A DNA stretch of 63,829 nucleotides, counting the filler. It is 8 parts of 8 records of this genome, joined end to end, with 100 filler letters (N's around TTAATTAATTAA, not from the genome) between each part and the next. Parts side by side here need not be neighbours in the genome. Positions count along the whole stretch, not along the records: positions 47,836 to 54,364 come from SRR20825010_639; positions 54,465 to 59,779 come from SRR20825010_654; positions 59,880 to 63,829 come from SRR20825010_685; 5 more parts are not named here. One strand, given 5' to 3'. Under the pieces are notes generated by a model. The model saw only the letters and a program-made list of their open reading frames with translations, had not been told where the DNA came from and searched no databases. A program made the translations under genes and the position numbers. Below, piece after piece: positions 52,852 to 63,720 of this stretch; the stretch's first letter is position 1, and each line of letters starts with the position of its first letter.

Positions 52852-54364
52852 ATGTCATCTTCATATTCAAGAACATTCAATACCTTCTATAGCCGGATTT
52901 TAGGAAAATCAATTGTAGGCATGACGCCAACTGCTTTTGGCTTCATCTATATGACCAGGCTCAAGCCGGACTATAATGATCCAAGCATGATTTATACAGA
53001 GGACAAGCGCAGCAACCAAGCATTAATGGCGGATTGTTTGATCGGATCGATCCGGGAAGTGAATAACAATTTATACGAAGAATATATGAAAGCCAAGTTC
53101 GAGCAGTTGGGTATCCCAAACCCGGCATATTATTACTGGAATACTTATGTCCGCGACGAGCTCGGCTATCCCCTTGATCCAATGATCGAAGATACCCCTA
53201 CCAGTTCATTATCCCGGCCTGATGATCCTGATTATGCCCATGAACGTAAAGACCAGCCTCCCGGAAAAGTCGTGATGAAACGGAAAAAGCTCGGAGATAA
53301 AAAACTGGGAGTTATGACGTTGCAAAACAGGCAACTCGTCCTGTCAAGCTTCGGTCAACTGGGGGGGGTGATCAGGTATGCTTTTGACAGTTCTCCCGTA
53401 TCAGCGGTTGACCGCAATTGCGCATTTGCCGAAAAATTCAAGAAATTTGCATTTGATAAAAACGGCAAACCAAAAGCGGGCAAGATAACGACTTTGTATC
53501 AGGCTTATACGGGCCCGGTTGCCGCATTCAACATTTACTTCCTTAGCAAGGTTTGTCCGGAAGTAGCTGAAATAGTGAAAAAAAATAATGGTAACGTAAA
53601 GCTGAATGATAGCGGATACAAAGAAGTATTACAGATAATGTACAAGTATTTTGGTAAAGGAGCGGTAACGTTTGACGAGAAAAGTAAGCTATACCGGGTA
53701 ATTGGCGCTACATCCGGCCATGTGTCTGTCGTCGTTGATATCCCGCAAGAAGACGGATCAACGGTATCAATGAGCGGCGAACTTGGGCGGCCTTCCTATA
53801 TTCGAATGAATGATCAACTTTACCATACGGCTCATATGGGCTCCATAGATCCGGGTGTCCTGAACGCCATGGCGCTTGAACCCGGCCCAATAGCTATTCC
53901 AAATCCGGATGCAGAAACGTTGGAGGAGGCCTGGCCATATCTGAACACCAGCGGTAAAGAGTCAGGCGGGCATCCGCTCACCTCAATTACCGTAGATGCG
54001 CCTGAAGCTGGAAACGCGTTGATGGCATTATTGGCGTTGACGGGGCCGGATGAATATAGCGCGCTGGCGGGGCAACGATATTTGGCTCATGGTTCATATA
54101 AATATGCATATGATGATTACAATCGGCCTATGTTTGTAAAGGAAGATAGTGAAACAAAAGGCTACATTCGATATGTTATAAATAGCGAAGGTAATGAAGT
54201 GGTTGTCGAGGATCCAGTCTTGGAGCTTGAATACCTTAAACTACAAAATGCGGGTCAAAAGCCGAACAAAAAACTGCTCAGCGCTGTCAAATTCGCACAG
54301 GATAAAGCGGTACAACCGAATGCCGATAAAATAAGAGTTATTGCTAAGCGTGTTCCCACTCAAG
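52852..54364 (+). CDS. large hypothetical protein (>=504 aa), 3' truncated
   Basis: long ORF with GAGG RBS in AT-rich DNA; no family recognised. Confidence 0.75.
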
Positions 54365-54464
54365 NNNNNNNNNNNNNNNNNNNNNNNNNNNNNNNNNNNN
54401 NNNNNNNNTTAATTAATTAANNNNNNNNNNNNNNNNNNNNNNNNNNNNNNNNNNNNNNNNNNNN
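54365..54464. other. artificial contig spacer
   Basis: same linker. Confidence 0.99.
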
Positions 54465-54958
54465 ATGGCATGATAGGGCTTCAGGCGGTCCTGCGCGATT
54501 GTCTGGATTTCCTCGTCCATCAGCGCTTCGATCTCATGCGGGCGGGCATTGCCGATGATGATCAGGCGAACGTAGTCGCAGATGAACGCGGTCAGTTCCT
54601 TGTTCTTCAGGATCGTCGGCGCCGACTGAAACAGCTCCGACTCTTCCGGATTGTCGATGTGGCTCTCGATCTCGTTGCGGCTCTTGGTGCGCAGGTCGCG
54701 CATCAGCGAGTAGAGAATGCTCAGTGTGTCGAGATACTCGCGTTCCTTCGGGACCTTGCCTTTGAAAGCTTCGCCCAGTGCCTTCATCGTGTCTTTGATG
54801 GTCTTGACCGGATTGGTCATGATGAAGCCGCCGATTGCGGCGCCGCCGATGATCAGCAGTTCGAACGGCTGGTTGAGCACCTCGATATGGCCGCCCATGG
54901 CCATGAAGCCGCCGAGCACGCAACCGATGGTAATAACAAAACCAACAATAATATTCAT
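54465..54958 (-). CDS. motA: flagellar stator protein, 3' truncated
   Basis: MNIIVG...GGF.AMGG...[21 protein letters not shown]. Confidence 0.92.
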
Positions 54959-55160
54959 AACGTCCCGCCGCGGTAATTGAGATGCAAACCAATCACTACG
55001 GCTTGAGCCTTGTGTGAAGCTGAATCTGTCTGCTTGATGAATGGCTTCCTGCCAATCTTCAGCTTCGCACAAGCAAGATGCCCTAATCCGGAACAGGCTT
55101 GCGGGGTTGTACCGGTTTGCAACTGCGCAATGCGCCCTGGAAAACAGGAGGGGTCATCCG

Positions 55161-55943
55161 GTGACATCGACATACACCAGCTACAATCTCATCACGCGGG
55201 ATCTTCCGCGATCCATCGAGCGGATTGCCAGCCAGCCCCAGGTCGCCCGGGAAAGCGAATACTACCTCAAGCGGATTTCCGAGATCAAATCGATCGACGA
55301 GTTCATGGCGGACACCCGCGTGTTCAACTACGCCATGAAGGCTCATGGTCTTGAGGATATGAATTACGCCAAGGCGTTCATGCGCAAGGTTCTGACGGAA
55401 GGCGTAGACAACGAGGATGCCTTTGCCAACCAGCTTGCCGATTCCAAGTACAAGGAATTCGCCGAGACCTACAATTTTGCCCGTCACGGCGAAACCGCGA
55501 CCATCTTCACCAAGGCGCAGCAGGGCACGGTTGACAAGTATCACCGGCTGACGCTGGAGGAAGAGGCCGGCGAAGACAACACAGGTGTGCGGCTGGCGCT
55601 CTATTTCGAGCGGACAGCCCCAGAGCTCGATTCCGTCTACGGCATTCTTGCCGACACGGCCCTGTATGAGGTTGTCCGCACCGCGCTCGGCATTCCGGCG
55701 GAAGTCGCAGCTTCCGACATCGACAAGCAGGCCGAGATGCTGAAGTCGCGTCTCGATATCGAAGACTTCAAGGATCCGGAAAAACTCAACACCTTCATGC
55801 AGCGCTTCACCGCTCTCTGGGAACTCGACAATCCCTCCTACGGATCCGCCGACTCGAGCCTGCTGCTGAGTTCGTCCACCGGTTTCGGTATCACCCCCGA
55901 GCTGATGCTATCGATCAACAATCTCAAACTCGGGGGCCGCTGA
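55161..55943 (+). CDS. DUF1217 family flagellar-cluster protein
   Basis: AGGAGG RBS, GTG start; YAMKA.GL, GVRLALYF.R, D.DKQA; rhizobial motA-DUF1217-flgF synteny. Confidence 0.85.
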   Translation: MTSTYTSYNLITRDLPRSIERIASQPQVARESEYYLKRISEIKSIDEFMADTRVFNYAMKAHGLEDMNYAKAFMRKVLTEGVDNEDAFANQLADSKYKEFAETYNFARHGETATIFTKAQQGTVDKYHRLTLEEEAGEDNTGVRLALYFERTAPELDSVYGILADTALYEVVRTALGIPAEVAASDIDKQAEMLKSRLDIEDFKDPEKLNTFMQRFTALWELDNPSYGSADSSLLLSSSTGFGITPELMLSINNLKLGGR

Positions 55944-56668
55944 TGCAGGGTTCTATCTATGTCTCATTGTCGTCGCAGATTGCGCTTGAACGTCGCCTGA
56001 GCACGCTGGCCGACAACGTTGCCAACGCCAATACCACCGGGTTCAGGGCAACCGAGGTCAAGTTCAACGAAGTCCTGGCCAACACCGGCGCCACAGATGT
56101 CTCCTTCGTCAATGAGGGGCAGGATTATCTCAGCACCGCCAATGGCGGTCTCAAGACCACCGGCAGCGCGCTGGATTTCGCCATTCGCGGTGACGCCTGG
56201 TTCATGATCGAGACTCCGACCGGAAAGATGCTGACCCGCGATGGCCGGTTCACGCTCACCGACACCGGCCAGCTGGTCAACATCGACGGCTATCCCGTGC
56301 TTGATCCGGGCGAGGCGCCGATCCAGCTGGATCCCGATGGCGAAGCGCCCAAGGCAGGGCGCGACGGCGGCCTGAGCCAGGACGGCTTCCGGCGTGGCGC
56401 TATTGGCATGTTCTCGGCGGATTTCAGGGATGGTTTCGTCCGAAAGGCCCCGATCGGCATCGTGCCCACAATCCCGCCTGAACCGGTGGTCGACGCCGAG
56501 AGTGCCGGTCTGTTGCAGGGCTACATCGAGAATTCCAACGTCAATGCCATGGCCGAGATGAGCCGCCTGATCATGATCTCGCGGGCTTTCGACAACATCT
56601 CCTCGATGAACAAGTCGACCGAAGATACTTTCAAGCAAGCCATCCGAACTCTGGGCAGCGGAAGTTGA
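55943..56668 (+). CDS. flgF: flagellar basal-body rod protein
   Basis: ADNVANANTTGF, TG..LD.AI.G, TRDG, E.SNVN. Confidence 0.92.
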   Translation: MQGSIYVSLSSQIALERRLSTLADNVANANTTGFRATEVKFNEVLANTGATDVSFVNEGQDYLSTANGGLKTTGSALDFAIRGDAWFMIETPTGKMLTRDGRFTLTDTGQLVNIDGYPVLDPGEAPIQLDPDGEAPKAGRDGGLSQDGFRRGAIGMFSADFRDGFVRKAPIGIVPTIPPEPVVDAESAGLLQGYIENSNVNAMAEMSRLIMISRAFDNISSMNKSTEDTFKQAIRTLGSGS

Positions 56669-56693
56669 AACTGATGCCGGGTTTGCCGTTTGA

Positions 56694-58103
56694 TTGCTTT
56701 CCCGGGTCGGGAGCCAGCGCGCGATGAGTGGGCGGTCGGGTTTGGCCCTGCTCGCCGAGAGCGTGCGCACCTTTTCCAAGCCGGAAGGCGCCTGGGACAT
56801 ATCTGGCACGGTCACCGCGGTCGCGCCCGGCCATTGCGTGGTCGCCGGGCTGTCGCGGCACGCGCGGATCGGGGATTTTCTCACGTTTCGCCACGGCGGG
56901 ACGGCCAAGCTCGCTGAAGTTGTCAGCCTTGGTCCCGACGAGCTGATCGCCTGCCCGGTGGACGGAGCATCCCAGGCCAATATCGGCGAGCGGGTCTGGC
57001 GCAGCGGCCCGTTTCGGCTGTCGCCCGACAAGAGCTGGTGCGGCCGGACGATCAACGCGTTGGGCGAGCCGGTGGATGGCGCCGGACCGCTCAGGCAGGG
57101 TCCGGTCCCGCGTTCGGTAACCGGTGCGGCGCCGGCATCCATGCTGCGCCAGAGGGTCGACAAGCCGCTCAGGACCGGAATTCGCGTCGTCGATGTCTTC
57201 ACCCCGATGTGCCAGGGACAGCGGCTCGGGGTGTTCGCCGGATCGGGTGTCGGCAAGTCAACGCTTCTGTCGATGTTCGCCAAGGCCGCCGATTTTGACC
57301 GGGCCGTCGTGGCGCTGGTGGGCGAGCGCGGCCGTGAAGTCCGCGAATTCATCGAGGACACGCTTGGCCCGAACATGGCCAAGACCGTCGCCGTGGTCGC
57401 CACCAGCGATGAAAGCCCGATGCAGCGCAAGCTCGCGCCGCTTACTGCCATGGCCATCGCCGAACATTTCCGCGATACCGGCGAGAACGTTCTTTTGATC
57501 GTCGACAGCCTGACGCGATTTGCCCATGCGCTGCGCGAGATCGGCATGGCGGCGGGCGAACCGCCGGTGGCCCGTGGCTACCCCGCCTCCGTCTTCACCG
57601 CCTTGCCCGGGTTGCTGGAACGCGCCGGACCCGGGCCGGAAGGGGCCGGCGCAATCACCGCGATCGTCTCGATCCTGGTCGACGGCGACAATCACAACGA
57701 TCCGGTGGCGGACTCGGCACGCGGCATTCTTGACGGGCACCTGGTGCTCGACCGCGCCCTTGCCGACGAGGGCCGCTATCCGCCGGTCAATCCGCTGACC
57801 TCGATTTCCCGGCTGGCCCGCAAGGCCTGGCGCGGGGACGAGGAAAAGCTGGTGATGCGCCTCAAGGCCCTGATCCATCGTTTCGAGGAAACCCGCGATT
57901 TGCGGCTGATCGGCGGCTATCGGGCCGGATCTGATGCCGAACTGGAAATGGCGATCAAGCAGACGCCGGTGATCTACGAGATATTGCGCCAGACGCCGGA
58001 ACAACCGCCAAGCGCCGATGCTTTTGCCGAACTCGCGGATGCAATGAAGGCTGCGGCCGGCTTGCCCGTCTCATCGCCCGCCAAGGAAAGGACGAAACCG
58101 TGA
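56694..58103 (+). CDS. fliI: flagellar export ATPase
   Basis: GSGVGKS, GERGRE, DSLTRFA, GEPP, ILDGH; start uncertain. Confidence 0.95.
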   Translation: MLSRVGSQRAMSGRSGLALLAESVRTFSKPEGAWDISGTVTAVAPGHCVVAGLSRHARIGDFLTFRHGGTAKLAEVVSLGPDELIACPVDGASQANIGERVWRSGPFRLSPDKSWCGRTINALGEPVDGAGPLRQGPVPRSVTGAAPASMLRQRVDKPLRTGIRVVDVFTPMCQGQRLGVFAGSGVGKSTLLSMFAKAADFDRAVVALVGERGREVREFIEDTLGPNMAKTVAVVATSDESPMQRKLAPLTAMAIAEHFRDTGENVLLIVDSLTRFAHALREIGMAAGEPPVARGYPASVFTALPGLLERAGPGPEGAGAITAIVSILVDGDNHNDPVADSARGILDGHLVLDRALADEGRYPPVNPLTSISRLARKAWRGDEEKLVMRLKALIHRFEETRDLRLIGGYRAGSDAELEMAIKQTPVIYEILRQTPEQPPSADAFAELADAMKAAAGLPVSSPAKERTKP

Positions 58104-58675
58104 CCGACGTTGCCAAAGCTGCGATCGAGACTATTGAGAGTGTAGATGAAGCGCCGGTTCGCGCGACGAGCCGGGTTCGCAACGGCGACCGCGTGCTGGC
58201 TGTCGCCGGCTTCATGCTGGCCACTGCTGCGGCTTTTTTCCCCTGGTATGTCTTCTTCAATCAGGAGGACTTCGGCATCGCGCCGATGGGCTACACCGAG
58301 ACCCGGGATCTTCCGGAAACCGGCGGGCGCTCCTTCGTCAACGTATCGCCGCTTGCCATTCCCGACGAAAAGGATGGATCGGGCCAGCCATCTGCCTTCG
58401 ACCCGATCATAACTGCCACCGTATCCGGTGAGGGGAGCGAGTCCACGGGCGCGCCGGCGCTGACCGCCATCGACCCCGACAAGAGCTTCCCCGGCAAGCC
58501 GCGCTACAAGCTTCTGCATGTCGCCAATGGCCGGGCGCTCATCGAGGACAAGTCCGGCATGTATATCGTCCGCATCGGTTCGGTTCTGCCGGACAACTCC
58601 CGTCTTGCCACTCTGGAAAAGCGCGATGGGCAATGGGTGATCATCACCTCCAACGGCGAAGTCATCCAGCGTTGA
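58100..58675 (+). CDS. conserved rhizobial flagellar-cluster membrane protein
   Basis: single TM (AAFFPWYVF), C-terminal LLHV.NGRALIED; lies after fliI. Confidence 0.7.
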   Translation: MTDVAKAAIETIESVDEAPVRATSRVRNGDRVLAVAGFMLATAAAFFPWYVFFNQEDFGIAPMGYTETRDLPETGGRSFVNVSPLAIPDEKDGSGQPSAFDPIITATVSGEGSESTGAPALTAIDPDKSFPGKPRYKLLHVANGRALIEDKSGMYIVRIGSVLPDNSRLATLEKRDGQWVIITSNGEVIQR

Positions 58676-58980
58676 GCTGACCCGAAGGGTCTGAACGCCA
58701 GCCGGGCCGTAATCCGCTACCTGGAGCCATCCCATCAACCGGCCGTTGACCGGTCTATCGCATCCGCGCCGACGCCGTTCTCGAAATCGGTGTCGGCGTC
58801 CGCCGGCCGGGCCTAAGCCCATGCACCGGTCGCCATGTCCATGTTCTATGACCGGAAGGACTTGAGGCAATCCCGCCACACCATGCCTGGAGTATGGTGC
58901 GAGAAGCAGGCGCATTTCCCGTAAGGCACACGCAAGATTAACGGCCTAATCTCTGAGCTTGTTAAGGACAGGGAAACGCC

Positions 58981-59364
58981 ATGCAGCCGATTCAGCTTTT
59001 CGAACTGGCATCCAACCAATCCCACTGGCTTACAGTGCGCCAAAGCGTGGTTGCCGGAAACATCGCGAACGCCAACACACCCGGCTACCAGACCCGGGAT
59101 GTTGCGGCTTTCGAAGCCGTGCTCGACCAGACAAAGGCTTCGGTCCGCATGGCTGCAACCCATCCCGGCCATATCCATGAAGATCCGATGCGCGGCGCGG
59201 TTCGCAGCGGCCGCTTTGGCGACGTTGACGTTCAGCCGTCCGGAAACTCGGTCAGTCTGCCACAGGAAATGAGCAAGACCGGAGAAATCAAGCGGATGTA
59301 CGAACTCAACACCGGGATGGTGAAGGCCTTCCACCGGATGATGCTTCTGACTGTGAGGCGCTGA
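58981..59364 (+). CDS. flgB: flagellar basal-body rod protein
   Basis: [21 protein letters not shown]....EM. Confidence 0.92.
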   Translation: MQPIQLFELASNQSHWLTVRQSVVAGNIANANTPGYQTRDVAAFEAVLDQTKASVRMAATHPGHIHEDPMRGAVRSGRFGDVDVQPSGNSVSLPQEMSKTGEIKRMYELNTGMVKAFHRMMLLTVRR

Positions 59365-59366
59365 CC

Positions 59367-59779
59367 ATGCCAGTTGATCCTCTTTCACTTGCCTCGCGCA
59401 TCGCTGCTTCCGGATTGGGCGTTCAGGAAACCCGCATGCGTGTGGTTTCCGAGAACCTTGCCAATGCCCAGTCGACCGGCAACACGCCGGGAGCCGATGC
59501 CTATCGCCGCAAGACGATCAGTTTCTCCTGGGAACTCGACCGCACCATTGGCGCTTCGCGAGCCGAAGTGGCCAAGATCGATGTCGATCCTGCCGACTTC
59601 ACCATCGAGTATGATCCGGGAAACCCGGCAGCGGACAAGAATGGCATGGTCAAGATGCCCAACGTCAATGTCCTGGTCGAGCTGGCAGACATGCGCGAAG
59701 CCAACCGCTCGTACGAAGCCAATCTGCAGACCGTCAAGCAGACCCGGGAACTGATTTCCATGACGATCGACCTGCTGAG
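59367..59779 (+). CDS. flgC: flagellar basal-body rod protein, 3' truncated
   Basis: [30 protein letters not shown]. Confidence 0.93.
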
Positions 59780-59879
59780 NNNNNNNNNNNNNNNNNNNNN
59801 NNNNNNNNNNNNNNNNNNNNNNNTTAATTAATTAANNNNNNNNNNNNNNNNNNNNNNNNNNNNNNNNNNNNNNNNNNNN
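59780..59879. other. artificial contig spacer
   Basis: same linker. Confidence 0.99.
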
Positions 59880-60026
59880 CGACTGCAATCAAAATTCGAT
59901 TTTCGGGCATCTGGTGTTTATATAATGTCATCTCAGGAGATCGGATCAGGGACGCGGCAACTTTGACAAATGCCCGTCCCCAAATTGACCGCAAAAGCGG
60001 CACATTTAAAAAAGAGTTTGCTGTCC

Positions 60027-60680
60027 ATGGCCCGCCCGATGAACAAAGCCGCCATCGAAGAATTTTTCCAACGTCTGTCGGATGCTGATCCAGAACCGAA
60101 AGGTGAGTTGGATTACACCAACCCCTATACGCTACTGGTCGCCGTCGCCCTTTCAGCACAGGCCACCGACGTTGGGGTTAACAAAGCAACCAAAAAGCTG
60201 TTTCAGATCGTTGAAACCCCGCAAGACATGCTTGATCTGGGGGAAGAAGCCCTGATCAGTCACATCAAAACCATCGGCCTGTATCGTGGCAAGGCCAAGA
60301 ACGTTATGGCCGCTGCCAAAATCCTTGTCGAAAAACATGGTGGGGTCGTGCCCAACGATCAGGACGCCCTTGAAGAACTTCCCGGTGTCGGGCGCAAGAC
60401 GGCCAATGTTGTCCGCAATATTGCGTGGGGCGAACACACCATGGCGGTTGATACGCATATTTTTCGTATGGGCAACCGCACGGGGATGGCCAATGGCAAA
60501 ACTGTGCTGGCGGTGGAAAAAGCGCTTCTTAAAAAAGTACCGTCGCGCTTCATGACCCATGCGCATCATTGGCTGATCTTGCATGGGCGTTATATTTGCA
60601 AGGCGCGCAAACCACGTTGTGGCGACTGCATCGTCAATGATCTGTGCAATTTCAAAGACAAAACGCCCGCCGAAGCATGA
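60027..60680 (+). CDS. nth: endonuclease III
   Basis: LSAQATD, LPGVGRKTA (HhH), VDTH, C.ARKP.C..C.....C Fe-S motif. Confidence 0.96.
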   Translation: MARPMNKAAIEEFFQRLSDADPEPKGELDYTNPYTLLVAVALSAQATDVGVNKATKKLFQIVETPQDMLDLGEEALISHIKTIGLYRGKAKNVMAAAKILVEKHGGVVPNDQDALEELPGVGRKTANVVRNIAWGEHTMAVDTHIFRMGNRTGMANGKTVLAVEKALLKKVPSRFMTHAHHWLILHGRYICKARKPRCGDCIVNDLCNFKDKTPAEA

Positions 60681-60721
60681 TCGGCAGGCGTTTTTAAATC
60701 ATCAGACAATTTGTTTTATGG

Positions 60722-62182
60722 TCAGAAGACCAGATCAAACGTTGCCGGTGCGGGGGCAACGACCTTTGCCCCGTCCGGTCCAATTTTCATGATCGCATAG
60801 CCCCGTTCAGACTGGCCATCAACGGTCAGCCTGAAAATGCCATCCACCCCGACAAACCCATTTGGATTGGTCAGTGCGTCGCGTGACATGGCATTTTCAT
60901 CGCGCGCCATTAGGGCGGCCAAGGCCGTGCTATCATAGGCAAGGCTTGAAATGCGTGGCGGCTGCTTGGCAAAGGTCCGTTCAAACCGGCTGGCAAACAG
61001 GTCCCAGTTTTCCGGATTGGGTGCGGCAAAAATCCCGCCCTTAAGAGCCGGTTCGCTAAACAATCCCGGATCGTTCCAGCCAAAGGTTCCAATGAACTGC
61101 ACAACCGATGGATCAATATCGAAATAGGCGAGAAGAGCCGACACTTGACGCAAGTCGCCGCCAGTGGCCGGCAGGATCAAGGCATCAAAATCAAGCTCGC
61201 CAAATGTGTCTATACCTTCTAGACGACGCAGGGCGCGTTTGGACCCGGCACTGCCATCTGCCTCAAGCTGCGCCTTATGGGCACGCAGATTGGCGCGGCG
61301 CGCATCATAATTGGCAAAATCGCGAATGGTCTGCTGCAGGCTTTCTGATCCCGGCTGATAAAACGCCACCCGACCCAACGATCCACCAACCCGCGAAACC
61401 GCAGAATTCAAGGTGCCTGAAATCTGGCGACCATAATCATTTTGCGGCAATAAGGCAGCAAAACGGAACCGGCCCTGACTGGTGGCATAGCCAACCGCGC
61501 GGGCAATCTGATCTTCGGGGATTAGGCCATTGACCCAAACGCCGTTTTCGGCGACCCGACGGTTATTGGAAAAGGCGACAACGGGCACATTAGCCGATTT
61601 GGCAACTTCGCTTGCACCGCTAACCGAATCGGCAAATAGCGGCCCAAGAATCATTCTCGCCCCGGCATCAACCGCCTGACGGGCGGCATTTTGGCCACCT
61701 TGATAGGTGCCCTGCGTATCAATTGGCATCAGGACGAAATCATCACCGGCAATATCAAACATTGCCAATTCGGCCGCTTGGCGCATTGCCTTGCCCAAAT
61801 CGGCATGCTGTCCTGATAGCGGAAGCAACAAGGCAACCCGTTTTTCAAAAATGGCCGCATCGTCGTTATATAGGGTCGGAAGCTGCGCCCCTTCGCCTTC
61901 TGGCAAGGCGGCTTCGCTGGGCCATGGGTTGGCATCAGGGATCAAGCCCTGATCAGGTGCGCTCATCGGATCGACGGTATCGGTGCCGGGCTGATTGGCA
62001 GTTTCAACCGGCGCCCCATCACGTTGCATGCCCAGAAGGTCCGTGATACTCGTGGTCGCATTACATGCGGCAAGCCCGATAGAGAGGACAAACACAGATG
62101 CCGTCCGGCGTGCGACCCGGCTCCAAGCCGAAAACCGATCCAAATTCTGCAACGCCTGACGCGGCAGCGCCTCTTTTAGCAT
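60722..62182 (-). CDS. penicillin-binding protein activator (LpoA/LppC-like) lipoprotein
   Basis: lipobox LAAC; VALLLPLSG, ILGPL, LAYD, GF.G.DG.FR; divergent from rsmI; start uncertain. Confidence 0.8.
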   Translation of the reverse strand: MLKEALPRQALQNLDRFSAWSRVARRTASVFVLSIGLAACNATTSITDLLGMQRDGAPVETANQPGTDTVDPMSAPDQGLIPDANPWPSEAALPEGEGAQLPTLYNDDAAIFEKRVALLLPLSGQHADLGKAMRQAAELAMFDIAGDDFVLMPIDTQGTYQGGQNAARQAVDAGARMILGPLFADSVSGASEVAKSANVPVVAFSNNRRVAENGVWVNGLIPEDQIARAVGYATSQGRFRFAALLPQNDYGRQISGTLNSAVSRVGGSLGRVAFYQPGSESLQQTIRDFANYDARRANLRAHKAQLEADGSAGSKRALRRLEGIDTFGELDFDALILPATGGDLRQVSALLAYFDIDPSVVQFIGTFGWNDPGLFSEPALKGGIFAAPNPENWDLFASRFERTFAKQPPRISSLAYDSTALAALMARDENAMSRDALTNPNGFVGVDGIFRLTVDGQSERGYAIMKIGPDGAKVVAPAPATFDLVF

Positions 62183-63144
62183 CCGTTTCTGCAACGGATG
62201 ACGTTTCGGACAACCCAATCTCACCTCCCGATAAGTCATTTGGCACGCAGGGTAATGCGGGCGAGGATGCAAGTAAACATGATCAAAGCCATTTGCCACT
62301 TTCATCTGGTCTTTATCTTGTTGCTACTCCAATCGGAAATTTGGGCGATATTACGTTCAGAGCACTCGAAATCCTGAAACGTGCCGATATTATTTTGTGT
62401 GAAGACACCCGAACATCGGGAAAACTGCTGTCGCGATACGGGGTCAAAACCAAGCGAATCGCCTATCACGAACATAATGCCACCAAAATGCGCCCGGAAA
62501 TCATGGACCGCCTTGGCAAGGGTCAGGGACTCGCACTGATTTCCGATGCAGGCACGCCATTGATCAATGATCCGGGCTATAAACTGGTCCGCGACTGCAA
62601 GGCCGAAGGCTTTAACGTCACCGCAGCGCCGGGGGCCGCATCACCGATTGTTGCGCTTATTCTTTCGGGCCTGCCCAGTGATCATTTCTTTTATGCCGGA
62701 TTCTTGCCGCCCAAAACAATGGCCCGCAAAAAGGAACTGGCACGCTTTGCCCCGATCCCCGGCAGCCTGATTTTCCTTGAAAGCCCCAAGCGCCTTGCGG
62801 CCAGCCTGGTCGATATGGCCGAAATGCTGGGCGGAACACGCGAAGCCGCCGTTACCCGCGAACTGACCAAAATGTTTGAAGAGGTTCGCAATGGCACGCT
62901 TGAGGAGCTCAGCACACATTACGCCGAAGCTGGTGCACCCAAGGGCGAGGTTGTTGTCGTTGTCGGACCCGCGAATGAGGCCGACAATGAACCAAGCGCC
63001 GAAGATATCGATGCGCGGCTTTCGGATCTGATCAAAACCCATCGGACCAAGGATGCCGCCGATATCCTTGCCAAGGAAACCGGGCTTAAGAAGCGCGACC
63101 TTTATAACCGCGCACTTGAATTGGCCAAACCGGATCAGGAATAA
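62098..63144 (+). CDS. rsmI: 16S rRNA C1402 2'-O-methyltransferase
   Basis: LYLVATPIGNLGD, EDTR, SDAGTP.I.DPG, RELTK.FEE; start uncertain. Confidence 0.95.
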   Translation: MPSGVRPGSKPKTDPNSATPDAAAPLLASVSATDDVSDNPISPPDKSFGTQGNAGEDASKHDQSHLPLSSGLYLVATPIGNLGDITFRALEILKRADIILCEDTRTSGKLLSRYGVKTKRIAYHEHNATKMRPEIMDRLGKGQGLALISDAGTPLINDPGYKLVRDCKAEGFNVTAAPGAASPIVALILSGLPSDHFFYAGFLPPKTMARKKELARFAPIPGSLIFLESPKRLAASLVDMAEMLGGTREAAVTRELTKMFEEVRNGTLEELSTHYAEAGAPKGEVVVVVGPANEADNEPSAEDIDARLSDLIKTHRTKDAADILAKETGLKKRDLYNRALELAKPDQE

Positions 63145-63146
63145 AC

Positions 63147-63530
63147 ATGCCGCGATCCCGCCCGCCAAGTGATGACAGATCAAATCGCAAGCGGGCGGAA
63201 AAGGCCGGACGCCGGGCCGAAACCATCTGTGCGATGTGGTTGCGTCTTAAAGGGTATCGCATTCTGGCAACCCGCTATCAAAGTCCGGCGGGGGAAATCG
63301 ATATCATTGCCAAGCGTGGTGCCGTGATTGCCGCGATTGAAGTAAAGAATCGTTCTGATCGCGCCACCGCCTTACATTCCGTCCGCCCGAAACAACAAAA
63401 CCGCATTGCCCGCGCACTTGAAATTTATGCCGGGCGCATCGGCCATCAGGGCGATTTGCGCCTTGATCTCATGATTGTCGGGAAATGGGGCCGGATTGAA
63501 CATCTTATCAATGCCTGGCAAAGAACCTAG
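63147..63530 (+). CDS. yraN: YraN family (UPF0102) protein
   Basis: G.RAE, GY.IL, GEIDIIA, EVK.R; synteny with rsmI. Confidence 0.9.
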   Translation: MPRSRPPSDDRSNRKRAEKAGRRAETICAMWLRLKGYRILATRYQSPAGEIDIIAKRGAVIAAIEVKNRSDRATALHSVRPKQQNRIARALEIYAGRIGHQGDLRLDLMIVGKWGRIEHLINAWQRT

Positions 63531-63720
63531 CCCTCACCGGTTTTCCGTCCCCACGCCCGCTTCGTATCCTTTTGCAGAGCCTTACGGATGCATCTTGGCG
63601 GGAAGTTTTGCATAAAAATGCATTTTTGCTGATAAACTGCCTTGGATTTTAAAACTCCTTAACCCCCAGCCGCGATGATGAAGATACGAAACCGGGGGAA
63701 TTGGGACGAGACATTCGCAT

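Noticed and set aside
55964-57547. 527-aa minus-strand ORF
   Set aside because: Antisense shadow of flgF/fliI
58767-58798. GC-rich hairpin between the flagellar hypothetical gene and flgB
   Set aside because: No U-tract or recognisable RNA motif; such hairpins are common at this GC content
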